A DNA stretch of 17,861 nt, taken from the NCBI GenBank assembly GCA_043228905.1, contig JBHGNT010000681.1, positions 1 through 17,861 on the forward strand. Reading direction: 5' to 3'. The position numbers were made by a program, and so were the translations under genes. Numbering within the stretch: position 1 is the first letter of the stretch; each line of letters opens with the position of its first letter. The notes beneath the pieces are model-generated. The model was not told the origin of the DNA, searched no databases, and saw only the letters and a list, made by a program, of their open reading frames with translations. This DNA is from Azolla caroliniana. Lineage: Eukaryota > Plantae > Polypodiophyta. Of the stretch, positions 1 through 8,607 are shown one piece after another.

Positions 1-243
1 AGGCTTAGAGTTCAAACCACTAGGAGATTTCTCAAGAATGAAGATAAAGCTAAATAGGCAGCACAAGGTGGCTTTTATAGCTTTTACATCATAACTGTGG
101 TCGTTTCACACTAGGTTGCCAATTGGCCTACCTTTCCCCCTATTTGGCTACGTCTACTCCCTCCTTGTATACTTAGTTGCTCAATGTCATTTGTGGGTGC
201 ACTTTTCTTCATGACCGGCGTGTTGTGTGCCCTATGCTTAACA
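1..243 (-). mobile_element. Probable 3' LTR of an LTR retrotransposon, truncated by the window edge
   Basis: The minus strand reads AAGATTGGGGGGA (PPT-like, 256-244) directly followed by TGTTAAGC, a canonical TG LTR start at 243. A TATA box (GCTATAAAAGC, TATAAAA at 79-73) lies about 165 bp inside. The matching LTR and the CA end are not in the window. Confidence 0.6.
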
Positions 244-256
244 TCCCCCCAATCTT
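244..256 (-). other. Polypurine tract (PPT) of the LTR retroelement
   Basis: AAGATTGGGGGGA immediately abuts TGTT, the typical plant LTR-retrotransposon PPT/LTR junction. Confidence 0.6.
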
Positions 257-822
257 ATGAGTGCACACTCCTAGTTACATTGTAGCGGGCGATCATGTGG
301 GTGGAGGGTTGGACGCGAGGAGGACAGAGTACAGTGTGGTTCCGAAGGTTGAGGAGGGCAAAGACGGTGGATGTTACCAAAATCCCATCTGTTGTTGGCA
401 ACTGTAGGGTGGTTTGGATGTCATCTAAAGTGAACTGGAAATAGATCGGTGTTGCATCCTCAAAAACATCCATGGTCATCATCGAGGTGAGTGGGTCATA
501 ACCAGCTAGGAATTGTTGTCCACCAAGTCGGGAAGCACGCCCCAAGGGGCCCAATGCCGATTAAAATTTCAACCCCAAGGCGGGCGAGCGAGTGTTGCGA
601 ACACATCAGGGTCTTGGTAACGAAGGTGTGTTGATGGCAATAAGCACGCGGTAAGTGCACTCGGATGTCATTGAAAGTCACGGGACGAACACAAAATGTC
701 CTTGCATCCCAAGTCCGAGGAGAAGGAATGTAGGGCGTGTATGAAGTAAAAGGATGAACAGATGTACATATACGAAACCCTAATTGGGTGGCGGCCGTCA
801 TTCCTGTTATGTACGGCGCCAT
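255..822 (-). pseudogene. Frameshifted extra ORF (about 188 aa if joined) in the retroelement 3' internal region; product unknown
   Basis: ATG at 822. ORFs 496-822 and 255-554 overlap in adjacent frames, and both read GPLG across GGGCCCCTTGGGG. The final TAA overlaps the PPT. I could not recognise RT, RNase H or integrase motifs. Confidence 0.35.
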
Positions 823-1438
823 GGATCCTGTGGCTCAGTCGGATTTTAGGGTTTCGGGCAGAGTCCGTAGGAACCCAGAATTGGGTAAGACCTGCCCTAT
901 GCCTCGGTTAATAGCGACTAACCGTTTTGGCAAGTCCAGTGGCTAAAAATAGCGAGTGTGCCGAAAATGCTCACCCGGGCGGGGGTCTTTAGCTTTTGTC
1001 CGGGTTCTACGGTTGGACAAGGTCGAGCTGGGATCTATGTGACCCGAGTCCGGGTCGCCCCATGGGTGGTTATGTTCGGTGTTCGCACTAGGTATTGACC
1101 TCTAATGTGGGTGTATTGACCGCTGATGCTACAATGTTGGTCGTTCGTCCCATGTTTCGGCCAATGGGGGTGGGTAAATGAATGGTGTAACTTTGTGTGC
1201 CTCGGGATGTTAAAACATTTGCTAGCATGACACCAATTTTGGCCAAGGTGGCATCATGTGTACAACACCTTAGGCGTCAAGGACAAGGGCCTTCATTGTA
1301 TGTGTGTTGTACCTTGTCTCGATTTTGCATGCCCCGTAATCCGAGATAGCACGTGGTCGATTCGCCTAATCTGTGGAACACGTCGTTGCATGTCTCTAGG
1401 TCGAAGAAGCCTATAGGAGACCGAAAGTTATGACATAC

Positions 1439-1910
1439 GGTACTCTTAACTCATGTGGGCACTTCCAAAATGAACACCATTTCAACCTTTTCTTTATCTT
1501 TTTCTTGGACATGCCCCGCACATACGGTCTCCATCCTAATTTGACCAAAAGACCTGCATTTTCCCCAAGTCTTGCACACACACGGTTTCGGTCTCTAGGT
1601 CAAAGTACTATCGAGACCGAAACCGTGTGTGTGCAAGACTTGGGAAAATGCAGGTCTTTCGGTCAGATTAGATCGAGACCGTATGTGCGGGGCTTGTCCA
1701 AGAAAAAGATAAAGAAAAGGTTGAAATGTTCGGTCTCAGATAGTACTTGACCTAGAGACCGAGACCGTGTGTGTGCAAGACTTGGGAAAATGCAGGTCTT
1801 TCGGTCAAATTAGGATCGTGACGGTATGTGCGGGGCTTGTCCAAGAAAAAGATAAAGAAAAGGTTGAAATGGTCTTCATTTTGGAAGTGCCCACCTGAGT
1901 TAAGAGTACC
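1439..1910. mobile_element. Foldback/MITE-like element with long (about 157 bp) inverted arms and an internal duplicated arm
   Basis: The left arm 1439-1595 (GGTACTCTTAACTCA...) is the near reverse complement of 1755-1910 (...TGAGTTAAGAGTACC). A truncated extra right arm lies at 1613-1728. No TSD is visible. Confidence 0.8.
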
Positions 1911-1942
1911 CATTATATATTGAAGTTGTGTCATGTCCACGG

Positions 1943-1965
1943 ATCCATCCATCCGTCCATCCATC
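1943..1965. repeat. Imperfect (ATCC)n microsatellite
   Basis: atccatccatccgtccatccatc upstream of the PGG ORF. Confidence 0.7.
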
Positions 1966-2044
1966 ATTAAGTAGTTCCTAATTGCCAATTAGTATGTAGG
2001 TATTTGCTTTATCATTAGAAATTGCCTCCTAATTCTCGGTATTA

Positions 2045-3025
2045 ATGGATTGTTGTAATTCAATGCCGGAGTCGTACGAAATGATGCCGAAGTCAGCAAG
2101 CCATGATGACAATGATTTACGACGTCCCCCAATATTGACCGAGGATCGGGAGGTGTCGGAGCAAAACACTAGGAGGTTAACGGAAGTGGAGCGCGTAGTG
2201 CTATGGGAGGTGGACATGGCACGGCGATGCGTAGAGAACTTCGGTAAGATGTTGAGCGCGCATTCCATCATCCTATCCCTCCTCGTGACCGTCAATCTTG
2301 TCGGGTTCCTTCAACCGCCCAAAGGGTGGGCCCCAAATGACGCCTACACCGATCATAACTTGCGGGAGGTGAGCATCATGTACAACACTACGGCTGTCCA
2401 ATGCTTCTCCATCGCCAATGCTCTCTCTGTCTATAGTGCCATCACTGGGCTGCTCTTCTACATCTATTGCAGCTACATATCCATCCTGCCAATGGGAACG
2501 TTCCCGCTCCCGATGGGAGGAACGGCGGACAGGTACGACGAGCGCGCGATCGAGTTGCTCCACCAGACCCGCGCCTTCTTGCGGTGCGTGGCATTGCCAT
2601 CCATTCGCCGGCGCTCACACTTCCAATTCTCCTTCCTTATCTCATCCCTTGTCTTCTCTGGCATTGCTTTCGTCTCCACCGGTACAGCTGCCGTGGGGCC
2701 TCTCAACCATGTGTTGGTGACCATCGTAGTGCCGGCAATACCTGGTTGCGTATGCGTCTTCATCTCTCTGGGCCTCGCTGTACGCAAGTATTGGAAGGAG
2801 CTCCAATTCGACACGCGCTTCGACTTCTTCTGGAAGAATGTGGCTCGTATTCACGAAAACTGCATCCCGGAATTGGTTCCGATCGGCCCAAATGATTACT
2901 CGGGCTTGGATCCGATCCCCTTCAGAAGGGCAACTTGTTTGATTGCCCCTTATGAATGCAAGGACAGGAAACACTCCCATCCTTCTCACAAGCACATGCA
3001 GGCTGCTACAAGTCCCGGTCAGTAG
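2045..3025 (+). CDS. PGG-domain (PF13962-like) multi-pass membrane protein without ankyrin repeats, 326 aa, intronless
   Basis: Long GC-rich ORF. LLVTVNLVGFLQPPKGW resembles the PGG-domain motif LIATVTF..GF.PPGG. Further hydrophobic helices follow (FSIANALSVYSAITGLLFYIY; FLISSLVFSGIAFVSTG; VLVTIVVPAIPGCVCVFISLGL). The true start could be Met1, Met7 or Met13. Confidence 0.8.
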   Translation: MDCCNSMPESYEMMPKSASHDDNDLRRPPILTEDREVSEQNTRRLTEVERVVLWEVDMARRCVENFGKMLSAHSIILSLLVTVNLVGFLQPPKGWAPNDAYTDHNLREVSIMYNTTAVQCFSIANALSVYSAITGLLFYIYCSYISILPMGTFPLPMGGTADRYDERAIELLHQTRAFLRCVALPSIRRRSHFQFSFLISSLVFSGIAFVSTGTAAVGPLNHVLVTIVVPAIPGCVCVFISLGLAVRKYWKELQFDTRFDFFWKNVARIHENCIPELVPIGPNDYSGLDPIPFRRATCLIAPYECKDRKHSHPSHKHMQAATSPGQ

Positions 3026-3148
3026 TTAAAAAGCCATCCTGAGTTCTTGTTGTTCTCCTCTTACCATGGACATTATGTTATGTTTTGACCAGCCTCCCAT
3101 TGGTCTACTGAGCTCAGAACCTGTACATGCCCATGGTCTTTTGTGCTT

Positions 3149-3154
3149 AATAAA
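3149..3154 (+). promoter_or_regulatory. Candidate polyadenylation signal of the PGG gene
   Basis: AATAAA about 125 nt after the stop codon, preceded by TGTA at 3122. Confidence 0.4.
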
Positions 3155-3644
3155 AGAGGTGATTGACTATTCACAAGCACTATACTAAGTGCCAAGTAAT
3201 TGCAAAGCAAGTCACATAAGTTAAAGAGTTCCAAATACCTGTGAAACACCCTTATATCTCGTATATCTAATTAAGATGGTTCAAAGATGTTGGTTAGGAA
3301 ACTGAGGCTTTCCAGAGGCTTGGGTGGGGGGTGGCACATTATCTACGCATGACATCCACGTTAGATAATATAGCAAGGTGTGAAAAAAGCAGTCATTCCA
3401 CACATTACTTGGCATGTGAAAGAAAATAAAGGGTCCATTCTAACAAACATACCAAAACTTTCTTTACTATGAGATAATCAACTAGATTTTCATTCATGGT
3501 GCCGTGAAGTTACGAGATGTCGTGATGTGGTATGACCAAAAGTAGAAAGTGAGAAAAAAAAGAGTAAAAGTGTTTGCAAGATAGAGGGAAAGATAGATAG
3601 ATTTTGTTATCAATCTTTCGATGTCAAATATAATGACCTCAAAG

Positions 3645-3979
3645 ACCAAAAATATTATATTTCACGTGATACATGTGAAAAGTAAGTAGAGACTCTTGAT
3701 GTTCAGGAACTTTACCGATGAATGTTGCAATCGAGAGTGCCAATTAAAACCAGGTCATTTGAAATAAGTAATATGTCACATTTTAAGAACTTTCCGTCAA
3801 AGAAAGGCACAAACCAAAAATATTATATTTCACGTGATACATGTGAAAGTAAGTAGTGACTCTCGATGTTCAAGAACTTTACCAATGAATGTTGCAATCG
3901 AGAGTGCCAATTAAAACTGGGTCATTTGAAATAACTAATATGTCACATTTTAAGAACTTTCCGTCAAAGAAAGGCACAA
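3645..3979. repeat. Two-copy 168-bp tandem duplication
   Basis: 3645-3812 versus 3813-3979. By eye there are 7 substitutions and one 1-bp indel (about 95% identity). Confidence 0.95.
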
Positions 3980-4183
3980 AATAGGTTGTTTCACAAAAAG
4001 GTTGCCACATCCAAAATATATTGTTTTTTAGCATATCCAAAAATCTAGAGCTTTCAAGAAATGCCTAAATAATAGACACCCCAAAACTTACAAAATAATG
4101 TACAAAATTTACAAAAGGACTACCACCTATATTTATACATATTCGTGAATTGATATTTTGATGTAAAATACAATATTTACAAT

Positions 4184-7100
4184 TCATGTATTAGAACAAT
4201 CACTTCCCAAACCTATGCCATCATTTTCAAACCCATCCGAGGAACGAAAAGAACTTTGTGAGGTCTCATCTAGCAATGGGCCCGGTTTCGGCTTAAACTG
4301 AACTGAATCGATAAATCGTGGCTTAACAGTTTATAGGTTCGAAGATAAATAAACGGTTTGGTTTGGTTTCAAATGTTACTAATTGGTTTTGGTTCGGTTT
4401 TGAATTTACCGGCTTATCGGTTTCTGTTTACATGGTTTGGTTTAAAGGTTTATAGGTTTAAAAATACTCATAAATTTTCCCTATAGGCTCTAACTTTCAA
4501 CTTTTAATTTTAAACTCTAGTTTTAACTTATTAAATTTTATATGCATTATATGTAGAGTCTCCTTTTCATTTATGATGATAAAATATGATAAGTATAATG
4601 ATCAAATTTATGATAACTATGATGACAATTTTATGATAAGTACGATGAATAAATTTATGATGATTTTCTCACACAAATTTATAATAAGTATGATGATTAA
4701 TATCAATAAAATTTGGTTTGGTTTGGTTTGGTTTTGATTTATGATAAACCGGTTTGGTTTGGTTTTAAATTTTTCGTAAACGATTTGGTTTCTCCTATTC
4801 TTTAAACAGTTTGGTTTAACGGTTCGTCTCTAAACGTTTCTATTTAAATGGCTTCAAAATTTTAAAACAATTTGGTTCGGTTTTATTATTAATAAATGGT
4901 TTGGTTTGGTTTGGTTTCAAGGTCAAGAAACTGAACCGAACTGAAACCGAATCGGGCCCATTGCTAGTCTCATCCTCATCGTGACTAGTAACCAACGCAT
5001 TGTCTTCATCCAATTGCAATCCAACATCACTGTATTTATGAGACATGCTCCTTGTTCGTCTTTGTGTCATGTCAAGAGCCACATTTAGGATCTTCTCTTT
5101 TATTATCTTGATTGCGTTCTGTCTTAAATAGCATGTTTTGGTCAAGGAGAAGTCATACACTAGTATCTCTGCATTATCAAGTGTGAAAGTAGATGTGCTT
5201 AGTAGATTCTTTCTTGTTCACTTTCTGATTGTGCCTCCTACATCATTAACCATCTCTAAAGAGTACTTTCCAATAAATGCATATGGGGAAGATGTATGAT
5301 ACCAATGAACCACAACAGACTAAACTTGATTGCCTTGTTCATCCTTCATTATTTCAAGAATTTTAGCGATCCAGAAGGGATGACCCAACTCATCACCCCC
5401 AGCTAATGTTGCAACCAACATACCAACTTGTACCTCATGCAAATTGTCTTGCCATCTTACCTCTGTAGTGCGCGATATTCTTGGTCCCACGTAAATATGT
5501 CTCTCTCGTGGGCAAACTAGATAATTGAGTTCAGTATTATCTAGTGACTAATAATGAGTCATGGACACCATTGATGGTACACCAATATTCCATGTGAATG
5601 GATTTTGGAGTGGCTAGTATCCGGCAAACCGGTTATCTAAAATTGTCTACTGATGGATGAAGAAGTTACCCCACCATCAACATTCTGATCACCAACATAC
5701 TTCTTGGTACGGTCAATATTTTTTTGCTATCAATCGAACTACCGATATAGCCAATTTTGTCGTCATAAGGCATTTGTTTTGCACAATGGACTTCCACATC
5801 TAGAAAATGCAATAAGAGCCTACAACCCTCTTGTGGCTCCCATTGTGAGCTAGATGAGTATTGTTTAGCATACAACGACGTCCAGTTGTGGCTCATAGAA
5901 CTTCTTTATATTCAAAGGAAGATGTGGTTAAAACTATTAAGCGGTACAATAACCCTACTTTGAGTCCCAACACCATCCATGCAAAAGTGTTTAAAATCAT
6001 AAACTTCATTCAAATGTTCTACTTCTGGCTTTGGGGTATAAGCTTCAATGATCAACTTTGATAGTATAGGAAGCGTGAAAGCATCACATCTCGCTAATTT
6101 CTTTGAGAACCTACTAAATATTTGATCTATATTATCATGGGTATAATCAACTAGTAAGAAGTTAACATTAATATTTTTAAATATGCCCCTCTACTAGCAT
6201 GCTTAAATAACCGAACACAGATGACTTTTTGTTTTATTTGGTTCTGTTGTCCAGTTTCACGTATAGAACTGGTGGGAGAAAACCTTGCCAAGATTGTAAC
6301 ACTCTTTGCATGACTATGACTATAAGATTAGGGTCATTGTGGATATTAGGATAAGTTAAGAAGACTTAAGGCCGTATTGTTTGACAATACAAACAAACAA
6401 CCTACTAAATGGATTTGAATAAGGCATTCATCACCAATATCCTTCGTCAACCTTCAAAAGTGCGGCAAACAAGTCTTATTCTAATCCATCCTATTTATAA
6501 TTAAGCACATGTTCTTTCCGATGATTGAAGGACTTTTTGTCAGTTGTGCATAGCTTTAGATCATTCCAATGCTTAACTTTCATGACGTTCTTTTAATATA
6601 TTCTTATAATTCTTTATTTCTTCATCAATTCTTCCACTCTTTTCCATGCTTTTTTAACTTGGACATATAGAACAAACAATCATTCGGACCTTACGCGGTA
6701 TAACCACATTGTTAAACTGCAACCTCCATGATTGATTGAAATGTTGATATTGTACATCAAGTAGACATTCTAACAACATGTCATCCTTATATGCTTGGTA
6801 TACCTCACGACAAGTGAAGTTATCTGACAAATGTAATCTTCTAGTAGTAGGCACATTGCTTTGAGAAATATACCTCCATCCACCTAACAACATGGCACCC
6901 AATCAGACCCGTACATCTAGATGCATTCTTGTCGAAAGGTACACACAATCCCTTTATTAAACATAGTTGAATTGTCTGAAGCCTCATGTTACCAATTATA
7001 TAAGTAATTTTGAAAGCAACTCAACAACACTTAGTACTTAGTGAAAGGTAATATTCCATGTTGTGTGGTTTATTTCCATGGTTTAATCTTGAAAATAAAC

Positions 7101-7250
7101 CACATATTTGGAAATAAGAATATAAACAGCGTGTTCGCGTTTAGAAATGGAAGGATCGCGCATTCCACTTTTAGATTCTTTTTATAATTGCGCAAATCTA
7201 TGCAATATATAGAAACGTGTTACACTAGTATCACATGTTCGTCCACCCAT
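4184..7250 (-). pseudogene. Degenerate DUF7869-type (Sola-like DDD) transposase pseudogene, interrupted by a hAT MITE
   Basis: Manual translation across stops and frameshifts gives ordered motifs: WRLQFNNVVIPRKVRMIVCSIC; MCLIINRMD*NKTCLPHF (from 6510; family form IIDGMDQ.KT.LPH); LPPVLYVKLDNRTK*NK (LDN at 6254-6246); GIFKNINVNFLLVDYTHDNIDQIFSRFS (DYTHDNIDQ at 6148-6122; family form FL.VGHTHEDIDQ.FS); HPFWIAKI...VVVHWY. The frame closes at TGA 4186-4184 once the MITE is removed. The 5' limit (ATG at 7250) is tentative, and family motifs are recalled rather than searched. Confidence 0.75.
4271..4966. mobile_element. Non-autonomous hAT-superfamily element (MITE), 696 bp
   Basis: Perfect 14-bp TIRs TAGCAATGGGCCCG / CGGGCCCATTGCTA. 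Exact 8-bp TSD GTCTCATC at 4263-4270 and 4967-4974. Dense subterminal GGTTT/GGTTCG (AAACC/AACCG) motifs and an AT-rich core with TATGAT repeats. Confidence 0.92.
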
Positions 7251-7498
7251 ATAGAATTTGCAAAATTATTAATATTTAACTAGTTTCAAAGTAAAACTGT
7301 ATTATGCAATATGCAAAGTTGGTTAAAATGTTGAGAAAATCATGATCTCCAGGTATAAAATGTAGTTAAATTACAGACTATGAACATTTGAAGCAACATT
7401 TGATATGCAGGTTTAACCATCGTGCAGAGGTGTAGGGAGAAGAAATGGAAGTGATAGCTATAGTTAATGATTATGTATTGTGCACTCTAATATTTAGT

Positions 7499-7586
7499 GA
7501 ATGTTGCCCGATATAATACCTTACCCTAATGTTGCCCTAATGTTGCCCAATATAATACCTGATCCTAATGTTACTAATGTTGCCGG
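7499..7586. repeat. Short degenerate tandem repeat (AATGTTGCCC / ATATAATACCT units)
   Basis: aatgttgccc-gatataatacct-taccct-aatgttgccct-aatgttgccc-aatataatacct-gatcct-aatgtt-act-aatgttgcc. Confidence 0.75.
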
Positions 7587-8391
7587 ATGTAGTCGAGCAT
7601 GTGTTCATGAACTCGTGTGACAATACAATATAATTTGTCATAAGAATATCTAAGTATTCTTTGACCACACTAACACTGAGTGGCTAAATGGATATCAGTT
7701 TACAAGGTTTAAAATTAAGTGTGTTTTCATGCATTTCCATTTATACACACAGGCATGTTGAGCTTGTCTCTCAACAATTCCAAACCTTACTACTACATAG
7801 GGATATCCTTATAATACCAAAGTGAGGTGTATCTTGTTGGTTGTCAATAAAATACTTACTACAATTTACAAATATCTACATCTATGTTAAAAGAATCAAC
7901 ATTGAAAGATATTTTGCATATTGATTGTGCAAAGGAACTGGTTTAGTTTATTAAGTACCTACCACACCACATATTTTGCCAATGCTCACTTCAATGCCTC
8001 TTATCTATACAAAACAAGTCTTTTGTACTGCGACTACATGCTCCTCAGTCAACAAAATGTGGTGGAAGTGAGAACTTGAATTAAAAGTACACCATGAAAG
8101 AAACATCTTCCCCAATGATGAAAAATGGAAATTGCCCTCATCAATTCCCTTTTTATGCATGTGTTCATCCTTCCTCCCCACTCCATAATATATTCCTTCT
8201 CAGAAACATTAATTGGAAGATCATTTGATTGATGGTAGTCCTCAACGCTCCCTGACATTAGATCCCAGAAAAAAGAATGATGGTAAAGGAAAAAGACATT
8301 TTCATTTATCAAAGATTTCATTTCTATGCTCGAGAAGATCGCTTTACACTTATGGTAAAACACAAATTATGGTAAAAGAAAAAACGAATCT

Positions 8392-8607
8392 TCATTGACC
8401 AAAGATATCATTTCTATGCTCCAGTACTTGCTTTACACTGGCATCTATGATATCCTTGAGATGTTTTGTATATCTATCAAATATGTTTTTGCTTATTTGA
8501 GTTTGGAACATTGTGCTTTTTTGCCATGCAATACCAAGAAAAACCTTGCATGAACTTTTCATTGTAGTTGACGAGGTCATGTCCTCTATCTCTTTTCGCA
8601 CTCGGAT
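8392..8607 (-). CDS. C2/GRAM gene exon 9 (end of VASt, stop)
   Basis: TGTAG|ATC gives IRVRKEIE...CKVFLGIAWQKSTMFQTQISKNI...; TGA at 8394-8392. Confidence 0.9.
   Translation of the reverse strand: MRVRKEIEDMTSSTTMKSSCKVFLGIAWQKSTMFQTQISKNIFDRYTKHLKDIIDASVKQVLEHRNDIFGQ

Noticed and set aside
1222-1238. TGGTGTCATGC (- strand) as a primer-binding site for the LTR element
   Set aside because: No adjacent sequence recognisable as a 5' LTR, and a poor match to the usual tRNA-Met PBS TGGTATCAGAGC.
1589-1766. Multiple GGTCTC/GAGACC (BsaI) sites suggesting synthetic DNA
   Set aside because: They are internal motifs multiplied by the natural palindrome. The copies are diverged and no vector sequence is present.
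1430-1988. ORFs 1430-1750 (+) and 1752-1988 (-) encoding near-identical peptides
   Set aside because: They are an artefact of the inverted-repeat arms and show no protein-like features.
2029-2995. Six short ORFs overlapping the PGG gene on both strands
   Set aside because: Shadow frames of a GC-rich CDS with no independent motifs.
4340-4930. GGTTT arrays as telomeric or CRISPR-like repeats
   Set aside because: They are not TTTAGGG and show no repeat-spacer periodicity. They are hAT subterminal motifs.
4840-4966. C-terminal part of ORF 4840-5160 (SNGPDSVSV...KPNQTKP)
   Set aside because: Read-through into the hAT MITE. The true frame continues after the element.
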